Shown one piece after another: positions 24,398 to 37,735 of a DNA stretch of 64,000 bases. The stretch's first letter is position 1. Every line of letters starts with the position of its first letter. A program made the translations under genes and the position numbers. The notes below the pieces were generated by a model. The model did no database searches, was not told where the DNA came from, and saw only the letters and a program-made list of their open reading frames with translations. The DNA comes from Geosiphon pyriformis uo1 (taxonomy: Eukaryota; Fungi; Glomeromycota): the NCBI GenBank assembly GCA_016748015.1, contig JAAOMT010000009.1, positions 1,010,459-1,074,458 on the forward strand. The letters are read 5' to 3'.

Positions 24398-25607
24398 ATG
24401 AGTCTTGTATACGGCTTGGTTGCTCGTGGCCCTGTTATTCTGACTGAATATACCAGCTCCTCTGGAAATTTTACTCAAAGTATAATTTATGAACCCAATC
24501 ATGATTGACGTGATGTATTAATTAAATTCTCAAAGCCGGACAACATATTAACTTTGATCCTCCTAAAAAGTTACTCAGGCTATACTGGAAAAGATTCCCC
24601 CTAACAACTCAAAGTTGACCTACGTTTATGACAGGTATTCTCTAGAAAATTTCGGCTATCATTTCTTTCCATGCAAAAAATATCAATAATCCTTCATCTT
24701 TATCTCAGATATCTTTTTCACTATATTTGCGAAGATGGGCTTACATATATGTGCATGGCTGATGATACCTTTGGTCGCCGTATTCCGTTTGCCTTTTTAC
24801 AAGATATAAAAGAGCGATTTTTAGCTACATATTCTAAAGACCGAGCAAACACTGCGTTGCCATATGGAATGAATGAATTTTCAAAAGTCATTGCGAAACA
24901 AATGGTAACTAGAGCTTAGAAATCTTCTCGATATCTGATTAAGTATTTTAAATTAATCACTACTTTTATAGGAATATTTTTCGACAAATCCAGGTGCTGA
25001 TAAAATTAAACAAGTTCATGGTGAAATTGAGCAAGTCAAAGACGTCATGGTTCATAATATTGGTATAAGCAACAATATCTTGAGAGCTTTTGAAAATCCT
25101 CGGACTCTTCTCACCATTCTATGACCTAGTTACATTAAGTTTCTTTTTTGTGAATAGAGCGTGTTCTAGAACGAGGAGAAAGGATTGAACTTCTTGTTGA
25201 TAAAACGGACAATTTGAATCAACAAGCATTCGCCTTCAGGAAACGTAGTACCGCGTTGAAGGTTTTGTAACGCTCCATTATTTATTGAATATTTGATGGA
25301 ATTAATATATCAATATGTTTTATCCAATTCAGCGGTCGATGTGGTGGAAAAATACTAAACTGATGATCCTCTTAGTGTTTGTGATTATTGTGAGTGCTTT
25401 TTCCAAGTAACTTAATAATTTTTTTTCAAACTTTATTAACTTTTTAAATACCCAATTGCAATAGTTAATCACATATGGGTTAGCTTCATCGGTTTGCGGA
25501 TTTCCAAGTAAGTTTTTGAATACTTTTTCCAAAGATTTAAAATTATAATATTTATCTAACAATAATTTGCTTATGTAGCATGGGATGCTTGCCGTAGTGG
25601 AAATTAA
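24398..25607 (+). CDS. VAMP7: Longin-domain R-SNARE (VAMP7/Nyv1-like)
   Basis: MSLVYGLVARGPVIL longin start, RRIPFAFL, SNARE motif NIERVLERGERIELLVDKT, MWWKNTKLM plus transmembrane segment; stop 25605-25607. Confidence 0.92.
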
Positions 25608-25829
25608 AGTAAAATCTTTTGATACATTTGAGGAACTTTTTTTATTTAGCATTTAATAATTTATATTTTATGATAATTGCTTGTATTGAATTTAATTCCA
25701 AATTAAAAATGGCACTTCAATAGGTTTTAGTCAGTGTGATGCTTAATTGTCACATGGTCGCAATTCCAAATCATAGATGCAATTAGTTGCAACTCATGTG
25801 ATACTTATTTGTCACATTTGCAATCTTAT

Positions 25830-26890
25830 TTTTATTTTAAATGTTAATAAATTAAAATATGTAAAAATTTGTTAAAAATTACAATATAAATAAAATAAGT
25901 AAAATTTTAAATTTATTAAATAAATAAACATTTATAATTTAAATAAAACAAATATGCAATTATTATTGTTTAAATTTTTAGTATAAAATACAAATTAATT
26001 AAAAAAATTTATATAATTATTTTTAACTATTTTTATTTATTATTTACATGTGTTTTTCTATTTTTTCAAGTATTAAAGTTTGTTTAAAAAAAGACAATTA
26101 ATTTTATATGTGCAAAATTATTCAAAAAAATTGTTTTAATGTTTTGAAAATTAGATTTTAAATTTTAGATTTTTTATTAAAAAATTATAATTTGTTTATT
26201 CATTTGAATATTTATTTATTTTTTATATTTTTTAATTTATAAATATAATATTGTTTATTAATGCATTCTTTTATTTGTTATGTAAACTTTTTTTTTTTAG
26301 ACTATATAAGCTTAAAATTATTATCAAGTTGACAGCGCCGACAAATTTTTTTTCGTGTTTTATTTTAAATCTAGGTGGAATATTTTAATAAAAACTGCTT
26401 TTTATTTCATCTCTTAAAAATAAAACACTAGCTTTGTCAAGAATCAATTGCCAGTATTTCCGTTGTTTTCTTTACATTAAAAAAACAACAATCTAAACTT
26501 CTATTGATTACATTTTTTTGTGCTCAAAAAAAGAAAAATATATGAGATTAAAATCTTAAAAACCGTTTTTTAGCTGCAAAATGGATTATTATGATCTTAA
26601 ATTGGTTTCAAACAAAAAATTTTTTTTGGCTTTATTATCTCAACCATTTTTTCTTTGGTAATAAATTTTTTATGAACATATCTTTTTAAATTCAACCATA
26701 AAATTAATGAAAAAAGCTATAAATGCTAATAAACTTATTATTCAAAATAAAATATATTGACTGTAATGTGCAAAAAATGCTGATTACTTGAAAACTTGAT
26801 ATATTTTTAAAGTTTTATATAAAGCATTATTTATTTTCAAAATAATAAATATATACAAATAATAAATGTAAAAAAATTTTCAATTTATAA
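25830..26890. repeat. AT-rich, CpG-poor intergenic island; probable decayed repeat
   Basis: Composition shift between VAMP7 and SAM50; no ORFs. Confidence 0.45.
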
Positions 26891-26964
26891 ATGTTTACCA
26901 ATCAACCTCAAATCCGTGACTTATATAACAAAACAAGTCGCCATCGATATTTCGTGAACCTAAA

Positions 26965-29187
26965 ATGGCTGCTGAAACCGAGGTAATTTTTGTTCTTTAG
27001 CCACTTGATTTTCTGAAAGGCATTCCTTCTCCCAACACAAAGTCCTAGAAATTTTCTTGCCTCAATTTCCCACACACGAACTTCATGTTTCTAGTTTTCC
27101 TTGAAGACTCCTCAGACGAAGGTTGCCGAAAAAATTCTCAATGATAGTGTTGAAGCTCTAAAACAGCTTAGAAGAGAGCGAGAGACGGCTCAACAAAAGC
27201 TGGAAGCTTTGGTACAGTTTCACCTCTTTTTCAAAGAGTATGAAAAATTTACATGTAGTGCTGAAGTTCCTCTTATTATTTCAACTCGGCTTGCATTAGG
27301 TCTCTTCAAAAGTTCACGAAAAATTCTATATTCATTCTTTTCGAATATATGGAGCAAAAAAGACGCGCCCGTCTCTTTTTGAGGCTGTTTTAAATCCAGC
27401 CTTGAAGGTGTCTACTTTGGGGGGTGTAATTGATCAAACTATTGAGGCAACCAATAGACTGCAACGACTTGATATATTTAAAGAGGTTGATGTGATGCTA
27501 GATACTGCCACTGATCCATTGGCTTCTCCAGGAGCTTTGGACGTAAAACTCTATTTGGAAGAAAAAAGTAGATTTTGGGTTAAAACCGGGACTGAAATTG
27601 CCAATAATGCTGGAAGCGCGGTAATTGCCTAATTTCTTAAATTTATACGTAGGAACATATTTCAATAAATACTCATATACTTTTATTTATAGAATGTCTC
27701 CTTGAACATAAGAAATATATTTGGTGGTGCAGAGACTTTAGAGACATATATGTCGGCCGGTACACAATTCTCGCATGTATTTGAGGTGTGATCTCGATTG
27801 CACTTGATCTCGATATCAGGAATGAGAATTCATTCTCTAATACAGGTGGATTATCCAGTTAACATGCTCCCTAGTTCTGTTTAGCAAAACCAATCAATGG
27901 GAACCCAGACTCCAAAATTGATATCTCCGCCTTTAGCTTAACAAAAAATAATCAGCCTTGGAGCTCACATGAGGAAATACTTAGAGGCGCGGCATTAAGA
28001 TGGAGGGTAAGGGCAAATAGTTATATTTTCTTTTTTGCCAAGAAATCCATCGATCACCATTGAACATTTTCCATTTGAAAAGATACGTTCTGCCGTCGGA
28101 TATCACGAATTCAGTCTGGGTTCGACTTGGAGACAAATATGTAATATTGGGGAACAGGCTACATTGAGGTAGACTATTTTTGGTGCTCAATGGTAAATCC
28201 TATTCCGCTCACTTTTTTATTTTATAGCATCAGAGAATCCGCTGGTCATTCCCTAAAGTCATCTATAACATATTTATTTGTACGCGACAAACGGGATGAT
28301 ATAATGCTCCCGGGCCGTGGGTATTACATTAAGCTTTTTCAGGTTTGGTGTCTTCCTCAACTTTATGAAAAAAAAAAGCTTCATTTATCTAGAGAAAATT
28401 GATCTCCTTTATAGGAGTTTGCCGGGTTAGGTGGGGATGTACATTTTATGAAACATGAACTTGAAAGCCAGGTCAACTTCTCGCTTGGAAAAGGATTTGT
28501 TTGTATTTTTAATTATATTCGTGTACATTTTTTACTCTCATTTTCCTCAAAGGCTCTTACGTCATAGATTCTTAGCGGATCGTATCGCAACGGAATTCTT
28601 CTACCTCTGAAGAATCAAAAATCGAAAATTAGCGATAGATTTTTTCTTGGAGGAGCTCAATCTATACGAGGATTCAAATTGAATGGAATTGGTCCAATTG
28701 AAGACAGGAGTGAGTTTGAGTTTAATGAAACTTTCGCTGTAAATGCTCTTTACTGATTTACTGCTATAATTGCAGGAGATTCTCTTGGGGGTGATGCATA
28801 TTTGGCAGCCGGGCTAAGTTTGTTCACGCCACTACCCAAACTTGGACGTTACCCTGTGAAAGGACATTTATTTATAAATGGAGGGAGCTTGATCCAGTTA
28901 AACCAAAGTATGTCTCCAAATATTGCTTGTTTATTTGAGCCTTATAATAGCCGATCTATAGCCTATATCTTAAATTATGATTTGTATATCGGATAATTCA
29001 AGGGCAGCCTCTGATGACAAACCTAAATCGTCTTCATTACGCTCCTAGCGTCTCAACCGGGTTGGGTATCGTATATCGAAGCAGTATTTTAAGGCTGGAG
29101 CTGAATTTTTGTTTGCCATTGCTGGCTACAACAACCGACAAAGTAAAAAAAGGTCTCCAATTGGGATTAGGGTTCAATTTCTGGTGA
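26965..29187 (+). CDS. SAM50: Mitochondrial outer-membrane beta-barrel insertase Sam50/Tob55
   Basis: POTRA region (IYGAKKTR, RLQRLDIFKEV), RNIFGGAE, DRFFLGGAQSIRGF, DSLGGD, RLELNF, C-terminal beta-signal LQLGLGFNFW. Confidence 0.93.
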
Positions 29188-29287
29188 TTAGAAATACCTA
29201 TGATTATGAGAATGGGATCAACTAGCGATAACCAAGACATATTTGCAAATTCATCCATATTTGCTTTCAAACTTTATTGATCATACA

Positions 29288-31363
29288 TTAAATTGTGTCA
29301 TTGGCCTCCACCGGCTGAGGGAGATTTTTGAGAATCCTTGATTTCTTCACGGTTCCTTTTCCATGATTAGGTGTCCAAGGCCCAAGACTGTCATTTGCAT
29401 AGAAGTCCATGGGATATTGTTCTTGCCAATCAATAGAATCAAGGGCTACAGATGCTTCATATGGCGTTAGTAATGGCTTCGAAAATGCATATCCCCAATC
29501 AATAGACAATCTAGGGCAAGCGATTTGGATCCACCTAGATTGAAAATGGCAACAATCTTTGAATAATAATGTGAGGAAACAACGAGGGAAACGATCAACT
29601 TACGCGTCGATATCATTAAATTGTTCTAATTTGTCAGGAAAAATCTCTGATAGCAATACACAAGTGTAATTCAAACCGCGGGAAGACAGCTTATCCTCAA
29701 GGTACTTGATTGAAAAATTTGGAAAAATCATATATTCTACCTATTCTTTGTTAAAAATCAATTCAATAAAATCAATATTACCTGCATAACTTTTGGGCTC
29801 CCTTGACGACCCAGAGTTCCCAAAATTAGACCGAAGTTTTTAGCTGTCTTTGCAACTTTGATCGCATGTTTACGAAGGGATAGCATTTCTGAGTGATCGT
29901 AGTGTTCACGCGTGAATTTCTTGGTGTAAGGGTCATATCTGTGTTTATATGGTATTTTCATCTGGATTTCCGTTTCTGTGAGAAATTTACTTTTATCGAC
30001 TTACCTGAAAGCAGGAATATCTGGATTTGCAATCATAATCGATTCAAGATGAAAACGCCCATCACCGAGATAACTAAAGAAGTTGATAATTATATGACAT
30101 GATCAAGCGGTGACAAATAGAGAGGTCTTACATTAAGGCATCTTGGTTTTTTAACTTGGGTGATGTGCATCCCAATATTTCCCCTGGAGATAACGGTTTA
30201 GCCTGTGGTGCAGTGATTAAATAATCGTTGTCTAAAGCCTTTTTCGTGACCTTGGAAATATGATTTGAACATCTTGGTTATAAGCGTAGCCCTTTTCTAA
30301 GAGTCCTCCTAAGCAACTTACTCACCTGAATTGCTGTTACAAATTGAATGGTGCCTACAACCACAAGCATACTTCCTTTTTGAAAATTTTTGATAATTGT
30401 GTCGATGAAATGTTGTGTTTCAATTCCAATATCAACAAAAATATACAACATTTTTACAGTGGTAATATCAACAGGAACTAAAAATAGAATATTAATCAAT
30501 GATTATCCATTAAGTCAAAAATTTATCGCAAAAAACAAACAAACAAACCTAGACAACTATGACCATAATGGACCATAAAATCACATCCCATTGCTTTAGC
30601 AGTGAAATCATCAACACAACATGCCCCATACGTTACATCTCCCATGATTACCGTCTCAACATTGCAAAATCTCGAATAATAGTTATCGAATAAGATTTTT
30701 TAAATGATTCATTGAATGAAAATTCATCTAATTTACCTTTCCAATATATCAGCAATTGTGCATGCAAACATTAAAAGCCCCTCAGGAAATTGAAGGGCCA
30801 CTTTGATTTTATTGATACGATTTAGTAAAAAAAAACAAGCATCATTTGCATTGAAATCAAAAGAAAAGAACCTTTTTTTGCGGCAAATCGTTTCACATGC
30901 CATACAGTTTTATGTATTTCGAAGTTGTAATTGGCTGGAAGCTAAAAATATTCCTCCAAACAAGAAATAATAAGGAGAATAATTAATGTAGATATTCTAT
31001 AAAAGTATTAAATAAGAAAACAATAAGAAAAACACCTGTTCAATGGCTTTATTCAATAATGCGTTGTTCTGAATTTCATGGGGTATTTGGTTTAAAACTC
31101 TACCACTTCGAACTGATAAGGGATCTATATTCGTGTAGAAAATTGTATACATGATATTAATTGTAAAGTAAAAGGGAGCTGCGGAACGTAAACTGGTTAG
31201 TTAAACTGAAAAAGTTGGACTAACCTGCTGATATTAAGATCCCGTCTTCAATATTACCTACAACGCCTTGATCACCGGTTGGTTGCTCTTGCCTTTTTTT
31301 TGTCGAGGCCTGACCTACAAAACGCTTCCGTATCTTGTTTGTTGGCTTTGGTATTTCAGACAT
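29288..31363 (-). CDS. DPH1: Diphthamide synthesis protein Dph1
   Basis: [70 protein letters not shown]. Confidence 0.96.
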
Positions 31364-31691
31364 AGTAAAATTCAATCAGGTCCAACGAATTTTGAAAATT
31401 TAATAGTTCACCATCAAATCAGTCAACAATGACATTTATTATGAGATTTACTATTCATGCACAGTAAATCTTCCCTAGAAAATGCATAAACCGTGAGAAC
31501 AGCTACTAAAAAATGCCTATATTGCTCACGTTTGTTCATTAATATTTTTATTACTTTTGAGATCATCGTTGAACTCATTCCTTTTATGGGAATGAATCTT
31601 GCGAAATTAATTTTTTAGAATTTTTAAAGCACTGAGCTTCTCGCGTTTCTTTTTTTCATTGTGCTTTGCGAAATCACAAGGACTTTAAACA

Positions 31692-34071
31692 ATGGCTTTT
31701 CAAAACATGGTTACAGGAGCTGAATGCTCCGCTGGTTCCAACCCTTTGGCCCAATTCATGAAAGTTACTGAGGATCAGTCAGCACTCAAGGTTTTCAACA
31801 CTGTCCGCAGAGCTTTGTTTAACTGAATTCAACATTTTTACAAGTAAATTGGTAATTTTTTAGGAAAAGTTCACACCCGCCTTACAACAAGGCGGTCCCA
31901 GTCCGGTTAGTAACCGAAGTTAGAGGCAGCTGGTTCACTAAACTTTTGCATCACTTGCTGGTTTCCGAAAAAAGTTTATCTACATTCATTATTTTATTCA
32001 GTTTCGCACTGCAAGACTCGTTCAAGATACTCCAGACCAGGTAGGCAGTCATAATGTAATTGAAAACTGAATATATAATAAATTAACTTCCAAAGTATTT
32101 TCTTAAACAAACTTAGTTTGCTAATGAATTCCTCAATCGTCAACAAGAATATGGCTCTTTTCCAATGGTGGGGCCTGCAGAAGCTGATGTTTTAGGCAGA
32201 CCACCTGATATTAGAGGTAAATTTGGCCAAGTATGCTTAATAACAAAAACTCACGGAATTAGTTTCAACCCTATTTTTAATTATTTACCGTTATCCATTT
32301 TTATTTTATTTTCTATCCAAACAAAAGGCTGGGCAGCGGAATTTTCAAATCAGGTCAATCACCCTCTAGGATGGGAATTAAATCCATATCAAACCCAAGA
32401 TTTGGATGCAGCATTCAAGCGAATGACTATGCAATGTAAGTGACATAGATATCAAAAATTCCTGAGATTAATTAAATGGAAAGGTGTGTTATTTTTAATC
32501 TTATTTTGTTTAGCAACATGGGAGGCGGAGTATTTGCAAAGTCAGCCTCGAAGCACGACTCGGGACTCGGAAACCCCCCATGAGTTTGAGGCTACTTTTC
32601 AAAAACACAAGAATCATGATTGGGCCTCTGAATTTTCGAAACAAGATAAAGGCAAAGCGAAGATCGTTGAACTGGATGAAGCGTCCTGGGAGCAGCAATT
32701 TGCAGCTGCTCAAAGAGAGGCAGAAGAGGGACAACAAAATCAAGTAATTGATGCTGCTCTTTCTAACGAGGAGAATAAGATGTTTGAAAAGGCTTGGTCT
32801 CGTTCTCAAGAAAAAATCAATAACGTTGATTCTGAATCATTAATATGGGAATGTGGTTTTACGGAGTTCAATCAAAATGAGGGGAGTCTTACGAACCACG
32901 GTGAATATGTCTTCGAAACAAACAATCCATATCTCGATCATTCTAGTCCTTTACAGGAAGGGATAAGGTTAGTGGAAGAAGGAGGATCGTTATCTGAGGC
33001 TGCTTTAGCACTTGAGGCGGCCGTAAAGAGAAACGAGAATAGTTCGGAGGCATGGACATGGCTAGGTAACACGCAAGCTCAAAATGAAAAAGAAGAACCT
33101 GCAATTAGGGCTTTGGAAAAAGCCATTTCAATTGATGGCAGTAATTTGGATGCTCTTATGGTATTATAAACGAAATATTTGTTTCATGTTTACTGATTTG
33201 CTTTGAATTTAAATTTCGTGTCTTAAATCTCAAATTATCCTTGTATTAATGCCATAATAGAGTCTTGCCGTGAGTTATACAAATGAAAGCTTTGATCAGC
33301 AGTCCTACATTACACTTGAGCGGTGGATCACTGCTAAATATCCAGAAATAGTTTCATCCGCTGCACCTATGGATGGAGTTCTTGATACTCATTCTCGTGT
33401 AACTGACTTGTTTTTACGAACGGCACGCAATGTCCCCGAAGGCCAAGAAATGGATGCTGATGTACAAGTTGGTTTAGGTGTTCTTTTTTATGGCAGTAGT
33501 AATTATGAGAAAGCCGTGGATTGTTTTGTCTCCGCTTTAAAAAGTCGCCCCAAGGTATGATTGTTATATATTCTACTACCTATGTTAGTAAATGATCCAA
33601 AATTAATTCGATATCTTATTGAATACAGGATTATCTTTTGTGGAACCGCTTGGGCGCGACTTTGGCAAATTCGGGCCGTTCTGAAGATGCTATTGAAGCC
33701 TATCACAAAGCCTTAGAATATAAACCAACTTTTGTTCGAGCTCGTTACAATCTTGGGGTCAGTTGTATTAATATCGGATGCCTTCGTGAAGCAGCTGAGC
33801 ATTTATTAGGCGCACTGAGCATGCATCAAACTAGTCATGATGGTAGCCGTGGAATAAATGTTAGTAATAGTTTAAGGGATACTTTGCGAAGGACATTTTT
33901 GATGATGGTCAGTCTTTATTTTTTTACTGATTTTCTGCAAATAGTGACTTTGAATATCTTACAGTTAAAGCAACCTTTTCGTAAATTTATTATCAGGAAC
34001 GAAGAGATTTGGCAGAAAAGGTTGAATCCGGCGTAGATGTCAACCAATTCCGTGATGAATTTGAGTTTTAA
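31692..34071 (+). CDS. PEX5: Peroxisomal PTS1 receptor Pex5
   Basis: N-terminal GAECSAGSNPL (conserved Cys); WxxxF/Y motifs WAAEF, WEAEY, WASEF, WEQQF; TPR region LWNRLGATLAN and RARYNLGVSC. Confidence 0.96.
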
Positions 34072-34619
34072 AAGCCACGTATATAGACTATCATCATTTT
34101 CTGCGCAAGTTATATCAACAAAAAATCCGGGGGGTGTTTCGCTGAAGGAATTTTAGTAGTGCTAAAATGTAAATGGTCAAATCAATTTCAACGAATGTAA
34201 ATTTGCTGCTAGGTGATAAATTTTATATTTGTCATTTAAATTCATAAGTCAGTAAATTACTATAGAAAGGTTGGCAACCCGATTAATAGCTTTACCTCTT
34301 GCAAAAACCATTTTGGTCTTTGTCATTTTTTTTAGTCATCTCTTATTAATTCAGATAAGAATGACTAATAGAAGGCATTCAAAGGCTTTTGTATGAAATA
34401 GGGTTATAAGTAAATAATGAATTATTGGGTTTCAATTACTTTTGTTAAATTCTAACGTAGGCAATTAGAATATTACACAATAAGCTTGAGTTCCATTCAT
34501 TTTTTGATTTTAAAATTTCATTAATCTAAAGCTTTAAAAAATTGTTGAATTCGAAGAGAAATTTAATACTTGAATCCATATTAGTATAGGGCTTAATTTG
34601 CAATCAGTTTTGAATATAA

Positions 34620-35488
34620 TCATTTTTTAGAATCCAGTTCCAAAGTAACAGGACCCTAAATGATTTTTTAAAATTAAATAACAAAATATTAAAAATTAAA
34701 ACTTAATTTTTGCAGTATAATTTACCTCGTTTGCAATATTTACAATCATCATCGCGCCAAAGACTCCATCTAAATAAATGGTTCAAATAATAATACAGTA
34801 TTAAAGATTAGGCGTAGATTTCAACGATAAATAACCAATTCTTAACCTTTAACTTTTTCTTCCACATAATTTTCTCTCATCTTTTTCAAGAATGCAATAT
34901 ACATTTCTTTTGACGTTTCAGCTTTCATAGCCTGCCGGAAATCAGGTTTATCTAAGAAATATATAATAAAATCAAAAATTTAACAAAATAAACTTTTCTT
35001 TTGTAAAATTGTGGATAAAAAATTATCATTATACTTTTCACTGTGCTACCATATAGCGTAAATTGAGAAACTAAAAAATTATAAATACATTGAGAAAAAA
35101 AAATGAAATATTTGGGAATGAGATAAAAGAGTCCTATCAAGTAAGATGACCCATATTACCACACAAGATCTCCAATCCTGCACTCATGACGCTGCGTGAC
35201 CACATCTTTGAGCCAGTTTCATCTTCGAAAACACGTACATTTAAAATCTTTTTTACGATATATTCTAGATCAGCAGTGGTATCATCCACTCCGATTCCTA
35301 CCAAAACACACAATCCCCTATTGATAGAGGAGACCTCGGAGTCTTCAACTGATTATGGTAATGTCAAAAAGAAAGACTTTATTCTTCAACCTTAAATTAT
35401 TGATCTAAACTCACAATGCTGTTTGATTTTATTTTGAAATCATCCCTAAAACACTTGCTCTCAAGACTCTTTGCAATACAACGCGCAT
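34620..35488 (-). CDS. DTD1: D-aminoacyl-tRNA deacylase, 5 introns (absent from the ORF track as a unit)
   Basis: MRVVLQRVLRAS...GLCVLVGIGVDDT...KILNVRVF...ILCVSQFTL...KPDF...GVFGAMM...NEGPVT; SQFTL and Gly-cisPro motifs present. Confidence 0.92.
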
Positions 35489-35946
35489 TATTGAGTTTGG
35501 GTTGATATTGAATTTTTATATTCGGGCTGTGAAAAAAGATTAATTTGATTCAATATGAATGAATAATCATTTTAAGGATTAAATATAAAAGTAATTCATT
35601 ATTCAGTGACAAATCTCGTGATATAAATGGAGCAACTTCACTTTTTGGCAAATTTTAAAGCTTAAATGTCAAGAGTCAATCGGGATCATTAAAAAGATTA
35701 ACCTTCGGAATGAACTTAAAAATTATGATATATAGTGCACTTTTATTAGCTCCCTTTAAAGAGAAAAAGAAAGACACTATAATTGTTCAAACTTGAGCCA
35801 TCGCATTTTATAAAACTCGCGTTTTCTAAATCTATCTCTCACTCCATCTCCTCGATCAAGTCACTAAAGTTACATATGAATATTCCAAATTAAAATACAA
35901 TCCTTTCTATTTCTGATTTTATATACTATGTAGACATGACCCCGTA

Positions 35947-37361
35947 TTACTTGTGCAACTCTCCAACAACAAATAATTTCCCAAGTGTAGGACCTGCGTA
36001 TTGGTTTAACTGTTTGCAATAATTACTGATTTGCGAAGTTAATAGCAAGGAATCGAGTCTCGACGGCTCATTGGGAAGCTTGAAGATTTTACTGATATCT
36101 TCTTCAGGAAGTGGATCCAAGCCTGAAGCCTGTCGTGCTAGATTTTCTTGTTTCTTTTTTGGTCATTAAAAATTTTAATAATTGGCTTATTCACATTTCT
36201 AATGTAAATAATAAATACGTACCCGCTTTTGAAGATAACTCTGAATTTTTGACTGCTCACGTGCAACACTTCTTTGCCAAAAAGCAAAATTGCTTTGTTC
36301 TTGGGCGTTCTCCTCCACAGTATCCAATAAAAACTCGAGATTCTTTTCAATATAAGGATCGAGACTCAATTCCAAAGTATCAAAATTAGGACTTAAAGGT
36401 CCCTCTACTGTCTCTTTAATTAAATCTTTTGTGGGAGTAGGGTCAGTATCGTTCAAAGAATGGAGAAGGGCAGTAACCAAATGGGAATTTTTGATTGTAA
36501 TTGGGAGCTCTTCAAAAATATGTGAAAAGGTAAGTTTATGCTTCAATAAAGATTCAGTGATAAATTTTCCTTCCTTTTGAGCTTCCATAAATGCTTGAGT
36601 GAAACGGAATGCACGTAGTGAGAGATTCCCATGTGTTGAACGAGAAACATCTAATAACAAGAAAATTTTTATAAATGATTTAATCAGATGAATCAAAAAG
36701 TGATCGAATGATTTTAAAAGAAATTACCATGGACAATAACTACACTCTTGTTGTTTAATGTTTGTTGATAACTAAATTGTGTTTCAATAAATTTATTCGT
36801 TACAAAAGAGCCCAGGTAGGTTGATTGGTACCAGCCGACAGTGTTATGATCAACATTAACGTCACGAAGACATCTCATCATTTCGACTTGATATCTTGCA
36901 CCTGAGGGAAAAATAATTATTTGAGCCAAAGATCAATCTAGGGAATAATTTATAATTGTATTAAGAATCCTCTCAACTAACCATCAACTATTTCGTTTTC
37001 ATCATCAGATTTAGAGCTAGGAAGGGGGAAGCAATTTGTGACCTCCAATACTCCACTCATGTCCAAGCCAAGTAGCTGGCCTGTAACCGCTGTCGGAAAA
37101 AATTCACGACAATGTTTGATTATTTTTAAGATTACCTGTTGATATATTAACTAAGTTAAAAGCTTACGATTGAAAGTCAAACACTTTTGGTCCCCTATCA
37201 TGGTAAGGTCTTAAAAAAAAAACTCAAAATTCTGCGTAACTTACCAAACCATCTAGTTGTACACTTTCCAATGGAACGTTGCCCTCCACGTCTAAGGCTG
37301 CTGTAACATTAACGACCGCCATAGGGTCTTTGGCAGCTGGCGTAGGGACGCTAGGTAGCAT
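35947..37361 (-). CDS. EIF3H: Translation initiation factor eIF3 subunit h (MPN domain)
   Basis: [66 protein letters not shown]. Confidence 0.93.
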
Positions 37362-37735
37362 TAAGAGAACTAAGAGTGTAAAATACAGTTGAAAACTTGC
37401 AAAATATCAGAAATCTTGTTAAATCAATCAGCTGTTTTCTAGGTATCATAACACTTTTACTAACAGAGCCAATTTTCTCAAAAATCGATTTAAAAGTTAC
37501 AATTTATAGGTTTAAGCGACCGTTTAAATCTAGATGATTGAGATTTTTCATCTAGCCCTGATTCTGGTGTTCTATAGTAATTCTACAGTCTAAAGGTGAA
37601 ACCCTCTAAATCTTAATCACTAGACATAGAAGAGTTGGATAAAATGTGAAAAAATCAAATATAGTACTAGTATACCAATTTTACTCATGTTCTGGATGAT
37701 GTACCTGACTCACTGTTGAGAACCTTTCAGTTAAC

